From contig CAXXSL010000001.1 in assembly GCA_963675525.2 (NCBI GenBank), positions 128,001-192,000 on the forward strand: a stretch of 64,000 nucleotides of DNA, given 5' to 3'. The DNA is from Anaerohalosphaeraceae bacterium. GTDB lineage: Bacteria; Planctomycetota; Phycisphaerae; Sedimentisphaerales; Anaerohalosphaeraceae. The notes under the pieces were generated by a model. That model did not search any database. It was not told the origin of the DNA and worked only from the letters and a program-made list of their open reading frames with translations. Shown piece by piece: positions 30,777 through 39,430 of this stretch (position 1 is its first letter; the number at the start of each line of letters is the position of its first letter). The translations under genes and the position numbers were made by a program.

Positions 30777-31745
30777 ATGATGAAAAATGTTGTTACTGTA
30801 TTAGTCATGATTTTTGTGATAACAAGTGTGGCAAACGCGGCAAATTCGGCAAGCATTGTTTCCGGTTCACTGGTACAGGGGGATGTGGCCGCCGCAATGG
30901 AAAAAGGCAACGCCGCGTACCAGGGCGGTTATGGCGAGGAGACAAGTAATTTGAGCGATTGGAATTTTGATACGGGTGAATTTCCCTGGAGTCCCGGCAC
31001 CTATGGGGCGATCTCCACAACAAATAGCAATTTGAACGCTTATAGCGACGGTTGGGGCAGCTACGGAACAGCCACTGATACTGTCATTGGATTTGGCAAT
31101 GGCGGTTCCGTGACGCTTCAACTTGACAATGTAATATATGGTGTTGACGGCGAAAAAGAGTTCGGTTTGTTCACCGCCCAAATGCTGGACGCCTACGGTT
31201 CGGCTGGTAGTTTCTGGAACGGCAATATGGAAGCAGCTATTCTGGTCAGCCAAAACGGATCTGATTGGGTAACGTTGGACGGGACAAATGTTGCTCAGGA
31301 TTACACAGCCAGCAGCCATTATCTCAATACGCCGACCGTGGGATACAACTACGAGACCCTTGCAACAGCATGGGCTTACGGCACGGGCGCGACAATGGCA
31401 CAACTGAATGCGTTATCCGTTGCGGATTACACAACTCCAATGATTGATGACGATCTTTTTAATGGCAGCGGTGATAATGATGCTCGAGCCGCAATGGCTT
31501 TGGATTCGACGACAGCCGGTTATGATTCCGTTTTCGGCACCTCCGGCGGCGGGAACTGGTTTGATATTTCCTTCTGCGGTCTTGGCAGTGTTGAATATAT
31601 TCAATTAAATGGTATTAATTGTACTCCCGGTAAGGGAATCCGCCTTGATGCTGTTTTTACCACAGATGCTGCAGTGGTTCCTGAACCGGCGACAATGTTC
31701 CTGCTTGGATTGGGAAGTTTACTCGTTAGAACAAGAAGAAAATAA
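30777..31745 (+). CDS. PEP-CTERM surface protein under the B12 riboswitch (candidate corrinoid-binding protein)
   Basis: GGAG then ATG 30777; signal peptide; GFGNGGSVTLQLD, VSQNGSDW, GGGNWFDIS; C-terminal VPEPATMFLLGLGSLLVRTRRK. Confidence 0.85.
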   Translation: MMKNVVTVLVMIFVITSVANAANSASIVSGSLVQGDVAAAMEKGNAAYQGGYGEETSNLSDWNFDTGEFPWSPGTYGAISTTNSNLNAYSDGWGSYGTATDTVIGFGNGGSVTLQLDNVIYGVDGEKEFGLFTAQMLDAYGSAGSFWNGNMEAAILVSQNGSDWVTLDGTNVAQDYTASSHYLNTPTVGYNYETLATAWAYGTGATMAQLNALSVADYTTPMIDDDLFNGSGDNDARAAMALDSTTAGYDSVFGTSGGGNWFDISFCGLGSVEYIQLNGINCTPGKGIRLDAVFTTDAAVVPEPATMFLLGLGSLLVRTRRK

Positions 31746-31761
31746 GGATACAAAAAACAGT

Positions 31762-31798
31762 GAACAGAGGCTGCTTTCTAAGCTGCCTCTGTTCTTTT
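31762..31798 (+). terminator. Intra-operon hairpin / partial terminator
   Basis: GAACAGAGGC...GCCTCTGTTC followed by TTTT, right after the PEP-CTERM gene. Confidence 0.6.
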
Positions 31799-31819
31799 AG
31801 TTTTTGTTAGGTTGCGATA

Positions 31820-33370
31820 ATGTTTATGAAGTCGGCATTCTGGTTGCTGTTTCAGGTTTTAATTCTTGGCTCGTCTCTTTTTGCTGATCCGGGCGATTGG
31901 ACCCACTACGGGCACACGTCCAACCGAATTTCAATCGCGGTTGACGGTCCTGATACAATTGACCCTTCGACATTAGAGTGGCTTGCCTGGGAGGATCTTT
32001 CGTCGCCGGGATATTATCTTGATTTCATCGGTCTCAGCAGTCCGGTTGTTTATGACGGCAAGGTGTATGTATATGCAAAATATTATGATGAAAACGACAT
32101 TTACACAAACAACCAGATCGTCTGTTTCGATAGCGAAACCGGACAAGGCCTCTGGTATACTCCGATTGACAAGCGGATAGAGGTGCTGGGTTCGTTTTCC
32201 AGTCCCTGTGTGGACACGAAAAACGATACGGTGATTATCGGGTCCGGGTATAAAGTTTTTGCGATGGATGCGGATACGGGCGATCTTGTCTGGTCGGCTC
32301 AGTTGCAAAAGACCATCGTAAATGCCTCTGTTTGTTTGGCACTGGATATTGCTCCGGCTCGGGCGTTTATTACCGATTATGACGGAGGCGGCAGTCAAGG
32401 CCGGATTTATTGTATCAATCTTGATCCCAATGAGCCGACGGCCAATCCATACAATCCGGGGGATATTGTTTGGAGCGACGTTCTTGGCGGGACAAGCGGA
32501 AACTCGCCTGCCTATCAAGACGGCGTTGTTTATGTTGCAAGTATTACAGACCCTAATCATTGCTGGTCCTCAGGAAACCCAAATCCGACAGGGACAGTTT
32601 CTGCCTATGACGCGACAGCCGAACCCAATCCAAACAGATTATGGAGAACGACCGATTCACGTTTTGAGGGGTTTTTCGGAGGGGTTTGTGTGACGAAGGA
32701 GGGCTTTCTCTACGCGGCAAATTATGATTTTGGTTTTGAAGAAAACAACTCAGCATTGTGTAAGATAGGTTGCAGCGATGGTCGCGTGATATGGGAAACT
32801 CAGACGGAAAAAACAAAAAGCATGCCGATTGTTGTTGGTGATATGATCTATATTTGCGGCGGACTTGACGGCTATGGTTCAAGACCGAAACTTCAAGCTT
32901 TTCTAGATTTTGGCGATTCCGTACAATTGGTGTGGGAAACACCGTCTTCGTTTGCTGTCGGCGGATGGACGCATCAGCCCGTGTACGCGAATGACAAATT
33001 GTATATAGGCAAAACAGGTTCCGGCGGCTACGATTTTGGGCCCTGTACAGACCTTTATATTTTAGACACAAGATTGACGCCGCTGGATGCCGGATTTATT
33101 GTCGGCCATTATGTCGGTTGCGGCACCAGTCCCGCCGTGACCCATGACAGTCTCTATACAATCGGTTTTGATGGATTGCATAAATTTTTCCAACCTCTTG
33201 CTCTTAGCGATGTCAATCGTAGCGGAGGGGTTGATATTGTTGATTTACAGAGCTTTGCTATGGATTGGTTGTTTGATGGACCGGTTGGAGTCAAAAGGAC
33301 GGATTTTGATCTGGATGGAAATGTGAATCTTTCAGATTATGTTTTTCTGGCAAAGGAGTGGCTTCAATAA
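31820..33370 (+). CDS. Secreted PQQ-like beta-propeller protein with C-terminal dockerin-like repeats
   Basis: Signal peptide, DWTHYG, repeated SSPVVYDGKVY / CFDSETGQGLW / AMDADTGDLVW blades; SDVNRSGGVDIVDL..FAMDWL and TDFDLDGNVNLSDYVFLAKEWL. Confidence 0.8.
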   Translation: MFMKSAFWLLFQVLILGSSLFADPGDWTHYGHTSNRISIAVDGPDTIDPSTLEWLAWEDLSSPGYYLDFIGLSSPVVYDGKVYVYAKYYDENDIYTNNQIVCFDSETGQGLWYTPIDKRIEVLGSFSSPCVDTKNDTVIIGSGYKVFAMDADTGDLVWSAQLQKTIVNASVCLALDIAPARAFITDYDGGGSQGRIYCINLDPNEPTANPYNPGDIVWSDVLGGTSGNSPAYQDGVVYVASITDPNHCWSSGNPNPTGTVSAYDATAEPNPNRLWRTTDSRFEGFFGGVCVTKEGFLYAANYDFGFEENNSALCKIGCSDGRVIWETQTEKTKSMPIVVGDMIYICGGLDGYGSRPKLQAFLDFGDSVQLVWETPSSFAVGGWTHQPVYANDKLYIGKTGSGGYDFGPCTDLYILDTRLTPLDAGFIVGHYVGCGTSPAVTHDSLYTIGFDGLHKFFQPLALSDVNRSGGVDIVDLQSFAMDWLFDGPVGVKRTDFDLDGNVNLSDYVFLAKEWLQ

Positions 33371-33396
33371 TTTTATCCCGGAGGGATATTCTGAAA

Positions 33397-34248
33397 ATGA
33401 GGAAAAAGATAAAGCATATACGAAGTGGATTTTCGCTGATGGAGCTACTTACAGTAATTTCTGTTATTGCTGTATTGATGGCTGTTTTGACTCCCTGTCT
33501 GGCAAGAGCAAAAAAACAAGCCAGTGCGGTTCTGTGCCTGAGTAACACCCATCAGCTTGGCATTGCGTTTTTGTGTTATGGATTAGACGATGACGATTAT
33601 GCGATGCCAAATTATGATCCGGCGACCAATACCTACTGGTGGGGCCAACTCGATACCTCCGGCATCGATCATACCAAGGGGTATGTCTGGCCCTATCTTC
33701 AAAGCGGTCTTAAGAAAAAAAGCGTTTTTGAATGTCCATCGCAAAAATTCGGTACTTATAGACTTCAAGGAAAGCCGCCGACATCACCGGAAAGCCCGAA
33801 TTGGATTACCAGTACCTATGGTTATAATGGATATTATTTATGTCCCCCCCGGAGTCCCTGGATGAATATTCGTCACCGACCGTGGAAAAAATTAGCTGAT
33901 GTTCCGTGTCCGGATCGGTTGATCGTTTTTGGTGATGCAATGTTAGACTGGGATATTTCTCCTGCTGCTTCTGATTTATCCAATACCGCTATGATCGATC
34001 CGCCATATATATTGAACGCCAGCGGGTCATCCTGGGTTGAGAATACATCTCCAACAACTTCTTTTAGGCACAATGAAAAAGCAAATATTCTTTTTGTTGA
34101 CGGGCATTGTGAAGGAATGGATATTAATGGAGGTACATACACGTCACCGGATGTCTTTATCGGATCCATTAAGGATGAGAATGCGCCTCACTATGTTCCG
34201 GATTGGGATTCCTGGGTAACGGCCGGTAATGGCAGAAGAAGGAAATAA
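33397..34248 (+). CDS. Prepilin-type N-terminal cleavage/methylation protein with H-X9-DG domain (DUF1559-like)
   Basis: GGAGGG then ATG 33397; SG^FSLMELLTVISVIAVLMAVLTPCLARAK...CLSN..QLG; FECPS; YGYN; RHNEKANILFVDGH. Confidence 0.9.
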   Translation: MRKKIKHIRSGFSLMELLTVISVIAVLMAVLTPCLARAKKQASAVLCLSNTHQLGIAFLCYGLDDDDYAMPNYDPATNTYWWGQLDTSGIDHTKGYVWPYLQSGLKKKSVFECPSQKFGTYRLQGKPPTSPESPNWITSTYGYNGYYLCPPRSPWMNIRHRPWKKLADVPCPDRLIVFGDAMLDWDISPAASDLSNTAMIDPPYILNASGSSWVENTSPTTSFRHNEKANILFVDGHCEGMDINGGTYTSPDVFIGSIKDENAPHYVPDWDSWVTAGNGRRRK

Positions 34249-34287
34249 ATATTGAAATTTCCTGCTTCGTCGGTTATATTTTGCCGC

Positions 34288-35052
34288 ATGGAGAATCAAG
34301 GGCTTTGTCACAGTTTGATATCGTATTTATCCTCGCATCTTTCAAAGGCATCCCATTTATTCTGGCCGGGGCGATGTCTTGTCTGTCAAAACAATATCAA
34401 TCCGGACGATGAGGGACTCTGTGTAGATTGCTGGCAAAATTTATCCAAATCGGTCGCGTCCGATTACTGTCGCAGTTGCGGCAGGGAGGTCAGCGCCTTT
34501 GGAATCGTCAACGGCCGGTGCGGATTTTGCCAGGATAAACATTTCCATTACGACGGTATTGTGCGGGCAGGTTTATATGAAACCACGTTTCGCTCGCTCA
34601 TTCTGGCGTTCAAATTCAGCGAAAAAACAGAGCTTTTGGCTCGGCTTGCAGCCATGCTGAAACAGACCGTTACCGCTGGCGGATTTTACGATGAAATTGA
34701 AATGGTCGTTCCGGTACCCCTGCACTGGCGGCGGAAACTTTGGCGGGGCTATAATCAGTCATATTTGCTGGCAAAACAGATCAAACTGAAAGATAAAGCC
34801 GTTTCGACGGATCTTGTCCGTATCCGTAACACGCAGCAGCAATGGGATTTAACGCCGCCCCAACGCCGCCGCAATGTCAAAGGGGCGTTTGCCGTGCGAA
34901 AGGGACATCCCTTTATCGGTAAAACAATTCTTCTGGTTGATGATATTTCCACCAGCGGCGCAACATTGAACGAGTGTGCTAAAATGCTTAAAGCCGCGGG
35001 GGCGAAGAAAGTCTATACCGCTGTTCTGGCGACGGCTTTTCATGATGATTGA
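34288..35052 (+). CDS. comF: ComF-family protein (double zinc ribbon plus PRTase)
   Basis: Four CxxC motifs; VPVPLHWRR..RGYNQS; RRNVKGAF; LLVDDISTSGATL. Confidence 0.85.
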   Translation: MENQGLCHSLISYLSSHLSKASHLFWPGRCLVCQNNINPDDEGLCVDCWQNLSKSVASDYCRSCGREVSAFGIVNGRCGFCQDKHFHYDGIVRAGLYETTFRSLILAFKFSEKTELLARLAAMLKQTVTAGGFYDEIEMVVPVPLHWRRKLWRGYNQSYLLAKQIKLKDKAVSTDLVRIRNTQQQWDLTPPQRRRNVKGAFAVRKGHPFIGKTILLVDDISTSGATLNECAKMLKAAGAKKVYTAVLATAFHDD

Positions 35053-35246
35053 GATTCAAATTTATATCCGATTTCACGGATCGTATGAATAAAACTGCGG
35101 TCTATTGGGTTTGATTGGGTTCGCGTGGCGCTATTGAAAACGGGGGTGTTGCGTCCGTTGGGGGGGTTGGATGCAGTCTATTGCATTTCTGTCGAGGGGG
35201 GTACTTGGGGGGTCAAATTGGGTTCGTTTTTTTGGGGTTGGCGGGG

Positions 35247-36134
35247 TCAAAAAAGGGGATTTTTTATTTTGTCAAAGCTAAATCGGCGATTCCGGGCTGG
35301 AAACGCCTTGCGCGAGTAGGGGGTACTTGGGGCCGAAATTGGCTTTGGATTGGGTTCGATTGGGTTCGATATTTGGTCGTTAGTCGCTGGTGAATCGTCG
35401 TTAGTGTCGTTAGTGTTGTTGAGAAACGCATTCATAGCGATTTCGTTAAGTTTGAAAATGGCTTCGTTTCGTTTTTTTTGTGTTTGTGCAGCGGGGGGGA
35501 TCGCTTCGTTGGTTTTGCGGACGGCCTGGATTTTACGGAGTTCGAGAATTGCCTTATACAGTCTGCGTTCGATCTGGCCCTGATAACGCAAAAGCCGTTC
35601 GAGGATGTTCGATTCCCTGAAATCTTCTATCGCAATACAGCCCAGTACGGTATTCGTGGGCGCATCTACGTTGGGGGACAGAAGGGCGGCGAGTTTGTCG
35701 ACGGCGGCGCTGAATTTTTTCGGCCGGTTTGTATGGAGAGCCGCATTCATGGTGTCGGAAAGATCACGCAGTTGGGACGGACGGATGCGGTGCTGCTGTT
35801 GGGCGTCGATACGGGCGACGACATCGCCTTTATTGCTGAGTACGTTCAATACGCCGGACTCCATCCATTCAGCGCGTTTGATGCGCCAGGTGAGGGCGAT
35901 GATGCGTTCGGCGAGCATCTGTTCGACGGGGCCGGCCGGAGCGAGGTCGATGAGCATTTTGGCGCTGAGGGTGTTGAATTCGGTGCGGTCCTCGTTGTCG
36001 ATGATGACATGGTTGGCGGTGAGGCCGTGAGTGGCGGCGTTTCGGGCGGCGATGAGCTTGCCAGCGGGGGTTTTTGGGCCGGTTGATTTTTTGGCGTTTT
36101 TGCGGTTTGCTTCGATCTGGGCGGGTGTTGCCAT
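35247..36134 (-). CDS. Conserved hypothetical protein of the ANRxNAxKSTGPxT...NAxxHGL family
   Basis: GAAGGAG SD before ATG 36134; MATPAQIEANRKNAKKSTGPKTPAGK..NAATHGL; EQMLAERI...WRIKRA; LLRYQGQIERRLYKA; low-complexity tail. Confidence 0.75.
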   Translation of the reverse strand: MATPAQIEANRKNAKKSTGPKTPAGKLIAARNAATHGLTANHVIIDNEDRTEFNTLSAKMLIDLAPAGPVEQMLAERIIALTWRIKRAEWMESGVLNVLSNKGDVVARIDAQQQHRIRPSQLRDLSDTMNAALHTNRPKKFSAAVDKLAALLSPNVDAPTNTVLGCIAIEDFRESNILERLLRYQGQIERRLYKAILELRKIQAVRKTNEAIPPAAQTQKKRNEAIFKLNEIAMNAFLNNTNDTNDDSPATNDQISNPIEPNPKPISAPSTPYSRKAFPARNRRFSFDKIKNPLF

Positions 36135-36247
36135 AATGACTCCTTCGTCATAAGTTCCAATTTCCAAACTCTAAATTCCAAAAAGTGGGCGGGGGTGGAA
36201 TTTCCTTCTTTTTGCTCTCATTATGAGGATGGTATTAAATTTTGTGT

Positions 36248-36275
36248 ATTTTAGCATAAATTAGATGTTTGTCAA
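36248..36275 (-). promoter_or_regulatory. Near-consensus sigma70 promoter for the 36134 gene
   Basis: Minus strand reads TTGACA-N16-TAAAAT with a TGn extension. Confidence 0.5.
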
Positions 36276-36682
36276 ACATGAATTTTGATTTTATCAAAAT
36301 TAAATTCCACGTTCCAGACTCTAAATTCCAAGCAAATATGGCTGGTTTTTGGGTTTTAACCACTGAAGACGCGGAATGACACTGAAAAAGAGGGTTTAAT
36401 CATAAAGGACAAGTTTTTGGGGAATTTTGTTGTTATGGGTATTGTTGGTCGGTAGAATTTAGTTCAAGGACACATGAATACAAGAACACAGGAACTCAAG
36501 AATAGTGGAGCCGCCGGAGGCGGTGGTTTTTGATTGCAACTTTGAGGTGCTTCATCGGTTTTTTACGCGAAACAGGGTAGAGGGAAATCAGCCGGACTGC
36601 GGCTGTTTGAATAGAAGGTTTATCAATGTTGGCGGGCGTCGGGTTTGATAATAGAAAATGGCGGAAGGGATGTCAAAAAAGG

Positions 36683-36696
36683 TGTCTGACCCCTTT
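36683..36696. repeat. REP-like motif, left inverted copy flanking the TPR gene
   Basis: TGTCTGACCCCTTT; matches the reverse complement of 38343-38356 at 13 of 14 positions. Confidence 0.55.
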
Positions 36697-36850
36697 AATT
36701 TATCTCAGACCCAGCGCAAGAAGCACAATATAAAAATTGTACCAAAGAAGCCGACAAAGATCTGGCAGAATGTGCAAAAGGGATAAACGTTTGCTTTTTA
36801 AGTGATTTCGAAAAAGCAATAAAACGAGCATTAATCGAATTGGTTTTCGG

Positions 36851-38326
36851 ATGGGACAAATGAAAAAAATAATTGATACCGGCGATGCTTTCCTGTTTGT
36901 AATATTTATGCTACTTTGCGTCCTAATTTCAGAATGCAAAGCGGAAGCAAAAAATAATTATGCAGAATCCTCAATGTATCTATGCATGAGCCTTAATAGA
37001 TTTTCTGATATTAAAGATCAAGATATTCGGCAAGAAACACTAAAATACATTATTAATTTTTATATACAACATAATCGTTTTTCTGAAGCTATGGATCTTG
37101 AAAATCAGATAATCTCAGCCGATGATAAAGTTCAGATTTATTCTGATATTGCAATTCAATTGCACCTCAATCATGATGAAGTTGAAGCAAGAAAATACCT
37201 TAAATATGCTCAGGATATATCAACGGCATCTCTTCCGTCAATAGAGACTATCTCCGAGAAACTCAAAAAACATCTAAATACTAACGATAAGAGGAATCAT
37301 GAAGTAATTAGTCAAGCGCAATCATGGGCTTTTAGTAGAAATTCTCGCGCAAATTACCTTCTCGCAAAAACACACGCTATACTGGGAAATATTCAGGAAG
37401 CACTTGAGATTATTGCTTTGATGAGACAGGATTCGAGCGAAGAACAATGGGATGATTTTGCATCCATATCTGTTGTGTCCAGGCAGGTTACGCAATCTGG
37501 TTTATCGGAAGCTTTAAAAACAACTCAGGCAATCTCAGCGAATGACCTTCGAGATAGGGCGTACCTTGAGATTATAAAACAACTTATATCCAGCGAACAG
37601 ATTGACAAAGTCGACCAAATATTAAATGAAATAAAAAGTACTTATAAGCGAGAACAGGCAATAAGCTCACTATCAGTCTATTATTTTGCTCAAGGAAAAA
37701 ATTCCTGGACAGAAGAATATCTCAATAGAATTTCTACAAAAGAAGGAAAATTGTATGTTTATTCAGCTTTAGCTGCAATATCTAAGGAAGTTGGAAATTT
37801 GGAGTTAGGAAAGGAATATCTAAAAAAAGCGATAGAAATAAATAATGGTCATATATTCGAAGAAAGAAAAGACGTTGAAGCATTAAAAAAAGAATTATTA
37901 TCTGTGAAAGAGCCTAATGAGGGGCTTAAGATACTGGAAGAGATTAGTGGTTTACTGGAGAGCAGAGCATTAGATAGTAAAAAGAGCGAGTTGTATTTGG
38001 AATTTATACAATCACTGCTTGTTTATGATCTTGCAGAGGAAGCTTATAAAAATGCCTTAAAATTATCTAATCCTAATTATAAAGACGATGCCTTGATAGA
38101 GATATCTTTGTATTATGTTAAAACAGAAAAAGACAGTAGTGCCTTAGAATGTCTAAGGCACTTGTCCAATGATTATAAATTACGAGATGCTTACTATTCA
38201 ATAGGAAAGCTGATTTGCGATCTTAAAATTTGGGACAGGATTGATTTTTGGCATAAAACAGCAATTTGCAGGGGTAACGAATGTCTTTTATATTTAGGGA
38301 TTGCTAATGCCTTAGAGGTGAATTAA
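36851..38326 (+). CDS. AT-rich hypothetical exported protein with TPR-like helical repeats
   Basis: 491 aa ORF, N-terminal hydrophobic stretch, repeats such as EALKTTQAISANDLRDRAYLEI and EAYKNALKLSNPNYKDDALIEI. Confidence 0.65.
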   Translation: MGQMKKIIDTGDAFLFVIFMLLCVLISECKAEAKNNYAESSMYLCMSLNRFSDIKDQDIRQETLKYIINFYIQHNRFSEAMDLENQIISADDKVQIYSDIAIQLHLNHDEVEARKYLKYAQDISTASLPSIETISEKLKKHLNTNDKRNHEVISQAQSWAFSRNSRANYLLAKTHAILGNIQEALEIIALMRQDSSEEQWDDFASISVVSRQVTQSGLSEALKTTQAISANDLRDRAYLEIIKQLISSEQIDKVDQILNEIKSTYKREQAISSLSVYYFAQGKNSWTEEYLNRISTKEGKLYVYSALAAISKEVGNLELGKEYLKKAIEINNGHIFEERKDVEALKKELLSVKEPNEGLKILEEISGLLESRALDSKKSELYLEFIQSLLVYDLAEEAYKNALKLSNPNYKDDALIEISLYYVKTEKDSSALECLRHLSNDYKLRDAYYSIGKLICDLKIWDRIDFWHKTAICRGNECLLYLGIANALEVN

Positions 38327-38342
38327 AAACCTACGAGAACGA

Positions 38343-38356
38343 AACGGGGTCAGACA
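38343..38356. repeat. REP-like motif, right inverted copy, abutting an IS end
   Basis: AACGGGGTCAGACA, immediately followed by the IS remnant. Confidence 0.55.
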
Positions 38357-38582
38357 TGCTCTGTAGAAAAGCTCTTTGACAAGTAGGATGATAGCGATGT
38401 TGTGGGTTAGTGTAAGGAGCATCATTTCGCGACACTGCGACCAATATTTTCTGGCCTGCAAGGCCGAGCCGAAGTTTCGTTTGATCATGCTGAAGACGGT
38501 TTCGACCTGCCATCGCTGGCCGTAGTTTTCTTTGTCAAAATCGGTTCGCATTTCCCTGCGGTATGTTGTTTTCGGCAGTGGG
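38357..38582 (-). mobile_element. Truncated IS4/IS5-type DDE transposase remnant (C-terminus plus probable right end)
   Basis: YGQRWQVETVFSMIKRNFGSAL.ARKYWSQCREMMLLTLTHNI, the Y-(2)-R-(3)-E-(6)-K signature; 5' part missing. Confidence 0.75.
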
Positions 38583-38610
38583 AAAATATTATTAAGGGCG
38601 TGGAAATTTA

Positions 38611-39327
38611 ATGGCACCGAGAACCAATCATATAGACCAAGACTTCAATGATCTACTAGACTTCCTTGCAACTAATAAGTTAGTAAAAGCCACATTTATA
38701 AAAGAACAAAAAGCCCTAGTAAGAAAAACACATCAATATGTATATTCTTTAATGTGGTGGAAGTTTCAAATCAATCCTAAAGAATACCATAAAAAAGTAT
38801 TTCTCCACGAGATGGCTTCTGATTCTATCCAGATAATACCCCAATCCCTAATGGGCTATTTCAAGACATCAAGCTTGTTAATAAGAGGGGTTGTAGAGTG
38901 TTTATTGAAGCATATCTATTATTCAGATCATCCAGTTGAATACGAACTATTGCAATTGAACGATAGTAATTATACACCCGTTCGTCAAATGTTTGACTAT
39001 TTATACAAACACCCCCTTTTTATTGCTACGGAAGAAAAATTTGATGCTATTAATAGATTGAAAGTGTTGTATGGTGATTTATCTAGTACTGTGCATGGTG
39101 TAAAAATAAAAAACTTACAAATGAAAACAGGACTAGCTAGCATTAGGCCCGAAAAAAATATATTAGTTGACATTGTAGCTTTACTTAAAAAATGCATAGA
39201 ATCCATTAATTTTATTTTGATAATATATCACAGAAACTATTTCAACAAACTTCATCTTCATGACAGAGAAGTCCTACTTCGCGCCCTACCTAAAAAAGCT
39301 AAACAGATAATATCGGGAGCAATATAA
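38611..39327 (+). CDS. Hypothetical protein, HEPN-like helical domain
   Basis: LLIRGVVECLLK and LYGDLSSTVHG patterns resemble HEPN-type families; AT-rich. Confidence 0.5.
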   Translation: MAPRTNHIDQDFNDLLDFLATNKLVKATFIKEQKALVRKTHQYVYSLMWWKFQINPKEYHKKVFLHEMASDSIQIIPQSLMGYFKTSSLLIRGVVECLLKHIYYSDHPVEYELLQLNDSNYTPVRQMFDYLYKHPLFIATEEKFDAINRLKVLYGDLSSTVHGVKIKNLQMKTGLASIRPEKNILVDIVALLKKCIESINFILIIYHRNYFNKLHLHDREVLLRALPKKAKQIISGAI

Positions 39328-39430
39328 TAAAGCAGGATAAAATAAAGGGGATTTAGGGGGCGGACAAGTCAATTTATTATTGACGAATGACGTTTAATTC
39401 TTGATTTTGAAGTAAAAAGGAGAGGAACAG

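Noticed and set aside
34288..35052. comF as part of the B12 operon or a competence pilus with the prepilin-like gene
   Set aside because: Adjacent and co-oriented, but ComF is a widespread gene and the H-X9-DG protein is not a competence pilin; there is no evidence beyond proximity.
35350..36181. Long alternative-frame ORFs overlapping the 35247..36134 gene
   Set aside because: GC-rich shadow frames; only the minus-strand frame has the family motif, SD and promoter.
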